A stretch of DNA of 32,000 nt. Source: Candidatus Methylomirabilis oxygeniifera (GTDB lineage: Bacteria; Methylomirabilota; Methylomirabilia; Methylomirabilales; Methylomirabilaceae). The notes under the pieces are model-generated. The model did not search any database, had not been told where the DNA came from, and worked only from the letters and a program-made list of their open reading frames with translations. The stretch spans positions 780,001 to 812,000 of the forward strand of contig FP565575.1 of NCBI GenBank assembly GCA_000091165.1, read 5' to 3'. The position numbers were made by a program, and so were the translations under genes. This document shows, in pieces, positions 18,331 through 27,351 of the stretch; the first letter of the stretch is position 1; each line of letters starts with the position of its first letter.

Positions 18331-19314
18331 ATGATCATCACGCGAAGTCCGTTACGAATTTCGCTGGGTGGAGGTGGAACCGACCTGCCATCCTACTACT
18401 GCGAACACAGCGGGTTTGTGATCGCCGCCGCTATTGACAGATATGTGTATATTACGTTGCATCATACCTTCGTGCAGGAGCTGATTATCAAGTACTCCCG
18501 GATGGAGCGGGTCCGGACGATCGATGAGGTGCAGCATCCCATTATCCGTGAGGCGCTGAGGCTCACAGAGGTTGGCGCGCCGTACCTGGAAATTACGAGC
18601 ATGGCTGATATCCCGGCCGGTACCGGCCTGGGTTCTTCAGGGAGCTTTACGACGGCACTGTTGAAGGCGCTTCACGCGCTGCGAAAGAATCTTATTCACC
18701 CGCAGGAACTGGCCGAGCAGGCTTGCCATATCGAAATCGATGTCCTCGAAGAACCGGTCGGTAAGCAGGATCAATACATCGCCGCCTATGGCGGGATCAC
18801 CTGTTTCCGCTTCCTGCCCAACCATCAGGTGGAGGCGTGGCCGCTTAAGATCGATACGGATACCTTATACAATCTGGAAGACAATCTGCTGATGTTCTTT
18901 ACCGGCTATTCGCGATCCGCGTCGACAGTGCTCCAGGAGCAGGATACAAAAAGCAAGCAGAACGATAAGGAGATGATTGCGAACCTGCATTTCGTCAAGG
19001 AGCTGGGCCGGGAAAGCAAAGAGGCGCTGGAGACCGGCAAGCTGGAGCGGTTTGCCGAGCTGATGAACGTCCATTGGGAGCACAAGAAGCAACGTTCAGC
19101 CAACATGAGCAATAACCACATCGACCAGTGGTACCAGTTGGCGCGCGGCAACGGCGCGTTGGGAGGCAAGCTGATTGGAGCCGGCGGCGGCGGCTTCTTG
19201 ATCTTTTACGCGGACGACAAGGTGCGCCTCCGACGGGCGATGCGGGAAGCCGGTTTGCAGGAGGTTCGCTTCCGCTTCGACTTTGAAGGCACAAAGCTGA
19301 TCGCGCAATCATGA
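18331..19314 (+). CDS. hddA: GHMP-family D-glycero-alpha-D-manno-heptose 7-phosphate kinase
   Basis: MIITRSPLRISLGGGGTDLPSYY start typical of HddA-type GHMP kinases, GHMP motif PAGTGLGSSGS and C-terminal GAGGGGF. Context with gmhA, gmhB and the nucleotidyltransferase supports the call. Confidence 0.8.
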   Translation: MIITRSPLRISLGGGGTDLPSYYCEHSGFVIAAAIDRYVYITLHHTFVQELIIKYSRMERVRTIDEVQHPIIREALRLTEVGAPYLEITSMADIPAGTGLGSSGSFTTALLKALHALRKNLIHPQELAEQACHIEIDVLEEPVGKQDQYIAAYGGITCFRFLPNHQVEAWPLKIDTDTLYNLEDNLLMFFTGYSRSASTVLQEQDTKSKQNDKEMIANLHFVKELGRESKEALETGKLERFAELMNVHWEHKKQRSANMSNNHIDQWYQLARGNGALGGKLIGAGGGGFLIFYADDKVRLRRAMREAGLQEVRFRFDFEGTKLIAQS

Positions 19315-20027
19315 GCCCTGGGATGCTCCCGGTCGTCATTCTTGCAGGTGGCGTTGCCACACGGCTGCGGCCCCTGACAGAGACCATCCCCAAAGCCATG
19401 GTCGATGTAAACGGAGAGCCGTTTATCGCCCACCAACTGCGTTTGTTGCGTGCCAACGGGATTGAGCGGGTGATTATCTGCGCGGGATATCTGGGTGAGG
19501 TGGTTCAGGCGTATGTCGGCGATGGTGCGCGCTTTGGATTACAAGCGGCGTTCTCTTTCGATGGATCCCGCCTCTTGGGAACAGGCGGAGCCGTCAAAAA
19601 GGCGTTGCCGTTGCTGGGTGATGCCTTCTTCGTCCTATATGGCGATTCCTACTTACCCTGTGATTATCGTGCCGTGCAGACTGCATTCACGTCGAGCGGC
19701 AGATTGTCGCTCATGACAGTGTTTCGAAATGACGGTCACTGGGATACGAGCAATGTTGAGTTTGTCAATGGACGAGTTGTCGCCTATAATAAACAACATC
19801 GTACGCCAGGAATGCACTACATCGACTACGGGCTTGGGATATTTACGCACTCTGCCTTCGAGATTGTTCCAGATGGCCGATCCTATGATCTGGCTGCATT
19901 GTATCAAGATCTTCTGACAAAGGGTGAATTGGCAGCTTATGAGGTGGGCCAACGCTTTTATGAGATTGGATCGTTAGAGGGTTTAGAGGAAACCCGGCGT
20001 TACTTGGCAGAGCAACCCTGCACCTGA
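19311..20027 (+). CDS. hddC: sugar-1-phosphate nucleotidyltransferase, likely D-glycero-alpha-D-manno-heptose 1-phosphate guanylyltransferase
   Basis: VVILAGGVATRLRPLTETIPKAMV (G-x-G-t-R-l motif), VLYGDSY. ATGA overlap with hddA. Confidence 0.75.
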   Translation: MSPGMLPVVILAGGVATRLRPLTETIPKAMVDVNGEPFIAHQLRLLRANGIERVIICAGYLGEVVQAYVGDGARFGLQAAFSFDGSRLLGTGGAVKKALPLLGDAFFVLYGDSYLPCDYRAVQTAFTSSGRLSLMTVFRNDGHWDTSNVEFVNGRVVAYNKQHRTPGMHYIDYGLGIFTHSAFEIVPDGRSYDLAALYQDLLTKGELAAYEVGQRFYEIGSLEGLEETRRYLAEQPCT

Positions 20028-20041
20028 AGAAGGGGTCATGT

Positions 20042-20638
20042 ATGAGTTTTGTGCAACAGTATCTCTCAGAGGCGGGTCAGATCCTGCCGCAACTTGATAC
20101 GGACGCCATTGATCGAGTCGTGGCCTTACTGGCCGAGACCAGAGCAAGAGGCGGACGGCTGTTCATCCTGGGGGTCGGTGGAAGCGCGGCCAACGCCTCG
20201 CATGCAGTCAATGATTTTCGAAAGCTCGTCGGGTTGGAAACCTATACCCCGACAGATAATGTCTCAGAGCTAACCGCGCGCACAAACGATGAGGGATGGG
20301 CGAGCGTATTCGAGGGGTGGCTGCGTATCAGCCGGGTGCAATCGGATGATCTGGTGCTGGTGTTCTCGGTGGGAGGCGGCAACGTCGAGAACAATATCAG
20401 TCCGAATCTGGTCAGTGCGCTGCAATATGCGAAGCGTGTCGGCGCACGGGTCATAGGAGTGGTTGGGCGGGATGGCGGCTACACGGCGCAAGTCGCAGAT
20501 GCCTGCGTGATTGTCCCAACGGTCAATCCTGCTCACGTGACCCCACATACGGAAGCCTTTCAGGCCGTGATCTGGCATTTGCTGGTCTCGCATCCACAGC
20601 TCAAGGCGGCGGAAACGAAGTGGGAATCTGTTCGATGA
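20042..20638 (+). CDS. gmhA: SIS-domain sedoheptulose 7-phosphate isomerase
   Basis: GGRLFILGVGGSAANASHAVNDF and VFSVGGGN motifs. The 198-aa size is typical of GmhA. Confidence 0.8.
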   Translation: MSFVQQYLSEAGQILPQLDTDAIDRVVALLAETRARGGRLFILGVGGSAANASHAVNDFRKLVGLETYTPTDNVSELTARTNDEGWASVFEGWLRISRVQSDDLVLVFSVGGGNVENNISPNLVSALQYAKRVGARVIGVVGRDGGYTAQVADACVIVPTVNPAHVTPHTEAFQAVIWHLLVSHPQLKAAETKWESVR

Positions 20639-21198
20639 AGGAGCAATTGCGTCGAGCTGTATTCCTGGACCGCGACGGGGTTCTCAATCGTGCTATTGTG
20701 AAAAACGGAACCCCTCATCCGCCTGCCACTCTCGCGGAGTTAGAGATCGTGCCGGATGCGTCCAAGGCGCTCGAGGCTCTTAGGGCTGCGGGATTTTTGC
20801 TGATCGGTGTCACGAATCAACCCGACGTTGCGCGAGGAACACAGCGACGGGAGGTGGTAGAAGCCATCAACGCTGCGCTGCTTGCAGTGTTGCCCCTGCA
20901 GGAAATGCTGGTTTGCTACCACGACGATCAGGACGGTTGTGACTGTCGTAAGCCTCTGCCTGGCCTTTTGATTCAGGCCGCTGCCAGATATGGGATCGAT
21001 CTGCCGTTGAGCTTCATGATCGGTGATCGCTGGAAAGATGTTGAAACCGGACGTCGAGCCGGCTGTACGACCGTTCTGATAGGCTGCGGTTATGAGGAGA
21101 TGAGGCCTGACATCGCATCGGATTATACCGCGCATTCGCTTTCCGAGGCAGCAGTGCGGATTCTTAGTCGCTCCAATGCGGAGGGTGGAACCGTATGA
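20635..21198 (+). CDS. gmhB: HAD-IIIA D,D-heptose 1,7-bisphosphate phosphatase
   Basis: AVFLDRDGVLN (DxD nucleophile), GVTNQPDVARG, Zn/Cys motif CYHDDQDGCDCRKPLPG and MIGDRWKDVETG. ATG 20635 overlaps the gmhA stop (ATGA); the track start at 20620 is less likely. Confidence 0.8.
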   Translation: MKEQLRRAVFLDRDGVLNRAIVKNGTPHPPATLAELEIVPDASKALEALRAAGFLLIGVTNQPDVARGTQRREVVEAINAALLAVLPLQEMLVCYHDDQDGCDCRKPLPGLLIQAAARYGIDLPLSFMIGDRWKDVETGRRAGCTTVLIGCGYEEMRPDIASDYTAHSLSEAAVRILSRSNAEGGTV

Positions 21199-21911
21199 AA
21201 TCCGTATCCGAATTAAGGGTCAAAATATTCGCAGACGGCGCGGACAAGACCGGCATCCTGGAAATGTACCGCAACCCGCTGATCAAAGGTTTCACCACCA
21301 ATCCGACGCTGATGCGTAAAGCCGGAGTCTCGGACTATCAGGCCTTTGCGTTTGACATCCTGCGAGCTATCCCCGATCGTCCCATTTCTTTCGAGGTCTT
21401 CTCAGACGACTTCACAGAGATGGCCCGTCAGGCCCGTAAGATCGCAGGATGGGGCGAGAACGTCTATGTGAAGATCCCCGTCACAAACACCCAGGGCGAG
21501 TCGTCCGCAAAGCTGGTTTATGATCTCGCGCGAGAAGGGGTAAAACTGAACGTGACAGCGCTGACAGCGCTGGATCAGGTGCGCGAGATGAGCGCCGCTC
21601 TGGCGGGAGGACCTCCGGCTATTGTGTCGGTTTTCGCCGGACGTGTCGCGGATACCGGCAGAGACCCCGTGCCGCATATGGCGGAGGCCGTGGAGTGTGT
21701 GCGTTCGTACCGGAATATTGAATTGATCTGGGCCAGCCCACGCGAGCTGCTCAATATCATTCAAGCCGACGCCATTGGCTGTCACATCATTACTGTGACA
21801 CAAGATATTTTGAAGAAATTGCACCTCATCGGCAAGGACCTGCATGAGTACTCACTCGACACTGTCAAGATGTTTCACGATGATGCCAGGAACGTCGGCT
21901 ATACGCTGTAG
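21195..21911 (+). CDS. short-form transaldolase / fructose-6-phosphate aldolase family protein
   Basis: KIFADGAD, GFTTNPTL, Schiff-base lysine context NVYVKIPVT and SVFAGR. ATGA overlap with the gmhB stop. Confidence 0.8.
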   Translation: MKSVSELRVKIFADGADKTGILEMYRNPLIKGFTTNPTLMRKAGVSDYQAFAFDILRAIPDRPISFEVFSDDFTEMARQARKIAGWGENVYVKIPVTNTQGESSAKLVYDLAREGVKLNVTALTALDQVREMSAALAGGPPAIVSVFAGRVADTGRDPVPHMAEAVECVRSYRNIELIWASPRELLNIIQADAIGCHIITVTQDILKKLHLIGKDLHEYSLDTVKMFHDDARNVGYTL

Positions 21912-22016
21912 AACCCGGATGGTCCCGCCTGTCGGAGAAGGGACCAGCCCGGTACGAGTAGGATTTACGGAGCTACCGCAGGTGGCTCCATCGGACGCGT
22001 CACGAGGAGCACTCAC

Positions 22017-23057
22017 ATGAAGACCGCACTTATTACCGGCATTACCGGGCAGGACGGCTCGTACCTGACCGAGCTGCTGCTTGCGAAGGGCTACACGGTC
22101 CACGGGCTGATCCGGCGGGCCAGTACGTTTCATACGGAGCGGATCGAGCATCTGTACCAGGATCCGCACGACCCCGAGACCCGTGTCGTCCTGCACTATG
22201 GCGATCTCGCCGATTCCAGCCAGCTTACGAATCTCTTCTATCAGGTCCGGCCGGATGAGGTCTATCACCTGGGGGCGCAAAGCCACGTCCGCGTGAGCTT
22301 CGACATGCCGGACTACACGGGCGACATTACCGGGCTAGGCACAGTCCGGCTGCTGGAGGCGATCCGCAAGAGCGGGGTGGGGTGTCGGATCTACCAGGCC
22401 TCCAGCAGCGAGATGTTTGGGGACGCCCCCGCGCCCCAGAACGAACAGAGCGCCTTCCAGCCGCGCAGCCCCTATGCGGCCGCCAAGCTGTACGCCTACT
22501 GGATGGTGCGCAATTACCGGGAAGGGTACGGGCTCTTTGCCTGTAACGGCATTATGTTTAATCACGAGTCGCCACGGCGGGGGGAGACCTTCGTGACCCG
22601 CAAGATTACACGGGCGGTATCCGCTATCCTCGCCGGACGGCAGAAGATGCTGTTCCTGGGTAACCTTGAGGCTCGCCGCGATTGGGGGTTTGCGCCGGAG
22701 TACGTCGAGGGGATGTGGCTGATGCTCCAGCAGTCGGCGCCGTGCGACCTGGTGTTCGGGACCGGGGAGACCCATTCGGTACGGGAGTTCGTCGAGGAGG
22801 CCTTCGGCTACGTGAACTTGGACTGGCGAGACTATGTGACCGAGGACCCGCGCTACCGCCGCCCCACCGAGGTCCCGCTCCTGCTGGCCGATCCCTCCGA
22901 GGCCAAGCGACGCCTCGGGTGGCAGCCAACCGTCGCATTCCGGGACTTGGTCCGGATCATGATGGACGCCGATCTGGAGGCCGCGGGCCTACCCGCGCCA
23001 GGGCAGGGGACACACTGTCTGACCGACGGTCGACTGGCATGGCTCAGGAAGCCGTGA
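22017..23057 (+). CDS. gmd: GDP-mannose 4,6-dehydratase family enzyme (possibly a GDP-heptose 4,6-dehydratase in this context)
   Basis: [44 protein letters not shown] and NHESPRRG are canonical Gmd motifs. GAGGAG sits 7 nt upstream of the ATG. Confidence 0.9.
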   Translation: MKTALITGITGQDGSYLTELLLAKGYTVHGLIRRASTFHTERIEHLYQDPHDPETRVVLHYGDLADSSQLTNLFYQVRPDEVYHLGAQSHVRVSFDMPDYTGDITGLGTVRLLEAIRKSGVGCRIYQASSSEMFGDAPAPQNEQSAFQPRSPYAAAKLYAYWMVRNYREGYGLFACNGIMFNHESPRRGETFVTRKITRAVSAILAGRQKMLFLGNLEARRDWGFAPEYVEGMWLMLQQSAPCDLVFGTGETHSVREFVEEAFGYVNLDWRDYVTEDPRYRRPTEVPLLLADPSEAKRRLGWQPTVAFRDLVRIMMDADLEAAGLPAPGQGTHCLTDGRLAWLRKP

Positions 23058-23156
23058 GCGATCGCCATTCCTCTTCGGTGGGCCCAACACATCTGTCGGC
23101 ACCGGAAGCTCACCGGTATATCGGCTCGTTTCGTCACATCCGAGGCAACTGATGGA

Positions 23157-23717
23157 CTACCCCAGCACGACCTCTGTCGGTAGCACGATCTCCGGCAGCG
23201 CAAGGGGGGACAACACTTCTCCCAGCCCAATCGATCGGACCTCTCGGTACCCCATTGGGGTAGGATCTCGATAGATCGCGATCGTCCGCTGAGTCAAGGT
23301 GACGAGCCAGACCTCGGAGATGCCGGCTTGGGCGTACAGTGGCACCTTGACCTCGCGGTCCACCCCAGCAGAGGTCTCGGCCACCTCCACGACAAGCAGG
23401 ATAGCCTCTGGACCAGGATGGGCCTCGGCGTAGAAGTCGGGTTTGGGTCTCGCCAGGACCAGGTCGGGCTGAAGCTCTGAAAGGCGGCTCAACCGAATCG
23501 GATTCTGGACCCGGACGATAGCGGCCTCCCCCACTCGCTGTGAGAACAGCCGGTTCAGTCGATCGACGCAGGCGGCATGGCGACTCCCAATAGGTGTCAT
23601 CTCGATCAGCTCTCCCTCGACCAGCTCAACCCGGCTGTCCCCTGTCAGAATGCGGGACTCAGCCATCCGATGAAACTCCTCCACCGTGAAACGATGCCTC
23701 GCAAGCTGGACCGTCAT
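23157..23717 (-). CDS. Uma2-family (DUF820, PD-(D/E)xK-like) putative endonuclease
   Basis: FTVEEFHRMAE..., VELVEGELIEMTPIGSRH, LQPDLVL, LVVEVAETS and YAQAGISEVWLV match the Uma2 pattern. Confidence 0.85.
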   Translation of the reverse strand: MTVQLARHRFTVEEFHRMAESRILTGDSRVELVEGELIEMTPIGSRHAACVDRLNRLFSQRVGEAAIVRVQNPIRLSRLSELQPDLVLARPKPDFYAEAHPGPEAILLVVEVAETSAGVDREVKVPLYAQAGISEVWLVTLTQRTIAIYRDPTPMGYREVRSIGLGEVLSPLALPEIVLPTEVVLG

Positions 23718-24002
23718 GTCGCATCTCCTGCATCGACAAGATTATTCGCCTCTGTTCTTGGGTGCGAAGTTCCCCTCGTCCTTGGCCCTAGCGTATAGCA
23801 GAACCCATGCGAAGAGCAAGCTCACATTTAGGCTGGCCACTGAGATCACCGTCGGAGGCACAAAGAAGGGACGGATGAGTTCATCGATACGAAGGCAAAG
23901 CAAACATCGCAACACGCCGAGCACTTTCTTGAGGCGGTCGCGGCGTATTTTCAGGAGCGAGGAGATGACGTCCTTTTGAGAGAAGAGATCGGTGATCCAG
24001 GA

Positions 24003-24584
24003 CTAGGCGAGCGCCTCATCCACCTGAGCTTCAAACCCCACCAAGACCGACGATCGAGCTCTTTCCTCATGGCCGAAGCGCCCAATCAGACGATAACTCC
24101 CTTGCTCTAAGGCAAACACCTCTATCGTTCCCCCCTCCCAATCTACGATCCAATATTCGCCCACGCCGCATTGCTCATACAGCGCCTTTTTCTCAACATG
24201 GTCTCGTCGTCACGTCCCTGGTGAGACGACTTCCACGATCAGATCAGGCGCTTCGTGAATCTGATCCCGAATGATCGCTTGTCTGGCATGTGAGATATAG
24301 ACGATATCGGGTTGCACGACCCGCCGTGGTGTCAGGACGACATCCAACGGCGCAAGTAAGATTTCGTCCAATTGATGCATGGACACAAATTGAGCCAGCA
24401 GGCGAGCCACACGGAAAGAGATTCTCTGGTGCTGGGCAACCGGTGAAGGCGTCTTGACGAGATCTCCTTCCCATAGTTCGGTCGGCTGATTCGTCTCGGT
24501 TTTCTCAGCGAGCAGTTCGTTGTACGTCCACACTCGCTTCCTCCGTAACACCTTTGTAGCCATCCCGGGCACCTCCTCCGCCAC
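24003..24584 (-). pseudogene. second Uma2-family gene interrupted by one in-frame TGA
   Basis: The track ORF stops at TGA (24210-24212) straight after ...LIVEVVSPGT. The same frame continues RRDHVEKKALYEQCGVGEYWIVDWEGGTIEVFALEQGSYRLIG... to a TAG at 24003-24005. That continuation is the expected Uma2 C-terminal half. Confidence 0.7.
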
Positions 24585-24708
24585 TCACCAACCCTCAGCC
24601 TGCGAGAGCATGCCTGGGCGAACCGGCCAGACGCAGGTGAGGTTACTCCTCGTCTCTCTTTACCGCATAGAGGTGACGGCCGTCAAGCATGACGCCGCGC
24701 ACCCCAAC

Positions 24709-24966
24709 GTCAACGAGGCTTTCGACTACGTCAACCCCGACTGACGCGACTACGTCACCGAGGACCCACGCTACCGCCGCCCAACCGAGGTCCCGCTCCT
24801 GCCGGCCGATCCCTCCGAGGCCAAGCGACGCCTCGGGTGGTAGCCGACGGTGACCTTCCGCAACCTGGTTCGGATCATGGTGGATGCCGACCTGGAGGCT
24901 GTAGGTCGGACCGCGCCGGGGCAGGGGACGCAGTGCCTGACCGATAGTCGGCCGGCGTGGCTTCAA
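24709..24966 (+). pseudogene. gmd: decayed duplicate of the gmd 3' end (last roughly 85 codons)
   Basis: Aligns by eye with 22801-23057, including an identical 37-nt run (ggccgatccctccgaggccaagcgacgcctcgggtgg). Two in-frame stops replace sense codons: TGG to TGA in D-W-R-D, and CAG to TAG after GW. Confidence 0.75.
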
Positions 24967-25036
24967 TGGGCGAGCTTGACTTCTGCCCGGGTGGTCAGTA
25001 GACTGCCGTTGATTGTGCGGGTCTGGTTCGCGCGGC

Positions 25037-26215
25037 TTACGCGTGTTTGACCAGGGCCATCAGTATGACGCCTGACGCTGCGGCGATCAGCAGCGCGGCC
25101 AGCAGGAATTCCATCCCCAGCGCGCTGAGAAATCCCGCAGCGACTCCGCCCGCGAAACTGCCGAGGAATTGCAGAGAATGGTACGTTCCTAAGGCCGTTC
25201 CATACACGGTCTTCGGTGACGCTTTGGTAATGAGGCTGGGGAGGATCGGTTCAAGACTCGAGAAGCCGGCAAAGAACAACATGCCTGCAATCATGAGAAC
25301 CATGAGCGGATGAGCGTGAGGGCCAAGGGCGGCTTCTCGAAAGAGCAGCCATGCGCTGATTGACAGGATGATGAAGGCCGTCACACCTGCTGATTTTGCC
25401 CGACCCGTGTCGGCTGCTCGGGAGGCCCCAAACATTACGACCACGCCGACGAGGAGCATCGGACCAAGTAAGAGGTAGTAGTTATGCAGGGGCAGGTGGC
25501 GGCGAGCCAGCAAGGGAAAGTAGAAGAAGAAGCTGCTGATGAAGAACGACGTCAGGAATCCACAGAGATCCAGCTTGACGATATCGGGGATCTTGAGCAC
25601 CGAGACGACCGAGAGCCGGTCGCTGGAGATGTCGGTCGTTGTTCGCTCCCGTGGCGGCTCCTTGACGGCAATCGCGAGGTAGCCGGCTGCGAGCAGGCTC
25701 AAAAGGCCGGACAGCCAGAAGAGCGACGCGTACCCGCTCAGACTCGCGATTATCGGTCCGGCCAGGATGCCGCCGACGAAGGAAAGGCCGATGGAGGCCC
25801 CAAGAAAGGCCATGGCGGTTGCGCGGTTCTTCTCGTCGATCGAATCGGCGACCAGCGCGAATGCGGCAGAACTGACGGCGCCGGTCCCCTGGATCAGGCG
25901 GGCGGCGATCAGGGCGAAGATGTTGGGAGGTACGGCGGCCAGAATGGAGCCCACACTGTGAAGCACAAGGCCGATGAGTAAGAGCGGCTTCCGCCCAAAT
26001 CGATCCGACAGGCGGCCAAACGGGATCTGAAGCAGGGCATTGGTCAGCCCGTAGCTGCCGAAGGCAAGGCCGATCAGCGGTTTTGAGTCGGTTAATTGCT
26101 CTCCATAGAGCGTAAAGACGGGCAGCACGAGAAAGATGCCGAGCATCCGAATCGCGATGGTGATGCTCAACGTGGCGATCGTGCGCTTTTGATCCGGCGA
26201 AAAATGTGCACGCAT
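25037..26215 (-). CDS. MFS transporter
   Basis: 392 aa with about 12 hydrophobic helices and the MFS loop 2-3 motif GRLSDRFGRKPLL. Confidence 0.85.
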   Translation of the reverse strand: MRAHFSPDQKRTIATLSITIAIRMLGIFLVLPVFTLYGEQLTDSKPLIGLAFGSYGLTNALLQIPFGRLSDRFGRKPLLLIGLVLHSVGSILAAVPPNIFALIAARLIQGTGAVSSAAFALVADSIDEKNRATAMAFLGASIGLSFVGGILAGPIIASLSGYASLFWLSGLLSLLAAGYLAIAVKEPPRERTTTDISSDRLSVVSVLKIPDIVKLDLCGFLTSFFISSFFFYFPLLARRHLPLHNYYLLLGPMLLVGVVVMFGASRAADTGRAKSAGVTAFIILSISAWLLFREAALGPHAHPLMVLMIAGMLFFAGFSSLEPILPSLITKASPKTVYGTALGTYHSLQFLGSFAGGVAAGFLSALGMEFLLAALLIAAASGVILMALVKHA

Positions 26216-26331
26216 TGTGTGGAAGCTTTCTGCTGAAGGGGGACGGCCGTCTGTTCATAGCAGGTCTACAGAGGGGTGTCAATACTATCAGTGCAGGATG
26301 CCGGTATGGTTAGTGATCTGGGATCACCATT

Positions 26332-27057
26332 GTGAACATCGAGGTGGCATTCAGTCGGTTGGATCCGGCCTGCCGGTTTGCCTGCGGTCGAGCGGTAGCC
26401 GTCATCGACGTGATACGGGCGACGACGACCATCACCATGGCGCTGTACCAGGGTTGCGCCGGTGTCATTCCCGTACGAACGCTCAGCGAGGCCAGGACCG
26501 TCGCTCGGAGGCTGGGCAAAGAAGCCCTGCTTGCAGGAGAACGGGGCGCAGTAAGGGCCGCTGGCTTTGACCTCGGGAATTCTCCGGCTGAGTACGGGCG
26601 AGAGCGCGTCAAGGGTAAGACGGTTGTCCTGACGACCACGAACGGGACTCGTACATTCCAGACTGCCTCGGAGGCCCGGGCAATCATCGCCTGCTCATTC
26701 CTGAACGCGGCTGCTGCGGCACGCTGGCTCATAGGTACCGGGCTCGACATCCTCATTGTATGCGCGGGCCGACAGGGCCGTTTCTGCCTGGAAGACGTTG
26801 TGGGTAGCGGGATGTTGATCGATCGCGTACTCAACATCTCTGATAATTCGATTGAGTGCAGCGATGCCGCCTGGGCCGCCCACCAGCTTTTTTCAAACTA
26901 TCGAGGCGACCTGCTTGGGATGCTCCGAGGCTGCGAATGGGGGGGAGAGATTATTCGTAAAGGTTTTGGGGCGGACCTGGAGATCTGCGCGCAAGTCGAT
27001 CTGACCGACATCGTGCCCGTCATGCGGGCAGGCCGTCTCGTGGCGGAGCGCCCATGA
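26332..27057 (+). CDS. comB: 2-phosphosulfolactate phosphatase (ComB) family protein
   Basis: VIDVIRATTTI, ERGAVRAAGFDLGNSP and VLTTTNGTR motifs typical of the ComB family. GTG start. Confidence 0.75.
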   Translation: MNIEVAFSRLDPACRFACGRAVAVIDVIRATTTITMALYQGCAGVIPVRTLSEARTVARRLGKEALLAGERGAVRAAGFDLGNSPAEYGRERVKGKTVVLTTTNGTRTFQTASEARAIIACSFLNAAAAARWLIGTGLDILIVCAGRQGRFCLEDVVGSGMLIDRVLNISDNSIECSDAAWAAHQLFSNYRGDLLGMLRGCEWGGEIIRKGFGADLEICAQVDLTDIVPVMRAGRLVAERP

Positions 27058-27089
27058 TCGGTTCTTGAGCAGGCCAGATAGTCCGCTCC

Positions 27090-27118
27090 TTGACAGAAAC
27101 GAGGTTGGTACCTACATT
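27090..27118 (+). promoter_or_regulatory. sigma70-like promoter (TTGACA - 17 nt - TACATT)
   Basis: Perfect -35 at 27090-27095, a 17-nt spacer, and a -10 matching 4 of 6 at 27113-27118. It lies about 235 nt upstream of the CBS gene. Confidence 0.4.
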
Positions 27119-27233
27119 GAACATGAAGGCGGCGATGTGTGAGTTGTACCCCATGGAGAGGAAATAGTCCATGGGGGTGGTACGGGAAAGAGAAACGCCT
27201 GAACGTTCGAATGTGTAAGAGGTTGATGTACGT

Positions 27234-27281
27234 GTACAGCCCTTCAGGTCCTGCCGCCTACCTGAAGGGCTGTACTGTTTT
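27234..27281 (+). terminator. intrinsic-terminator-like hairpin inside the CBS-gene leader (possible attenuator or sRNA 3' end)
   Basis: Perfect 16-bp stem GTACAGCCCTTCAGGT / ACCTGAAGGGCTGTAC (27234-27249 and 27260-27275), a 10-nt loop, then TGTTTT. Confidence 0.5.
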
Positions 27282-27351
27282 GAGGCGGGGTGGTCGGAGA
27301 GGAGGGGCCGCCTCGTTCATGTTATCCGGCAGTTACAAGGAGGGATAGAAG

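Noticed and set aside
23742-23924. 60-aa - strand ORF between the two Uma2 genes, with one hydrophobic stretch. The frame is open right up to the upstream Uma2 stop.
   Set aside because: There is no ATG or SD and no recognisable family. It may be a fragment of a lost membrane-protein gene, but I cannot support a call.
24210-24212. The in-frame TGA in the Uma2 gene as selenocysteine or programmed read-through.
   Set aside because: No SECIS-like hairpin immediately downstream was evident, Uma2 proteins are not selenoproteins, and a CGA to TGA nonsense mutation is the simpler explanation.
25482-26282. 266-aa ORF on the - strand overlapping the MFS gene in another frame.
   Set aside because: Arg/Pro-rich low-complexity translation. 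The MFS frame shows 12 hydrophobic helices and the GRLSDRFGRK motif, so the alternative frame is a shadow.
6226-27057. The idea that cysC, the sulfotransferase and the ComB-like 2-phosphosulfolactate phosphatase form one sulfur-metabolite pathway.
   Set aside because: comB is about 17 kb away, beyond the locus boundary scars, in a separate divergent unit with an MFS gene. No other coenzyme M or sulfolactate genes are present, so the co-occurrence is most simply coincidental.
27139-27348. 69-aa ORF in the CBS-gene leader.
   Set aside because: It runs straight through the 16-bp terminator stem, is Gly/Arg-rich, and has no SD. The region is better explained as structured RNA.
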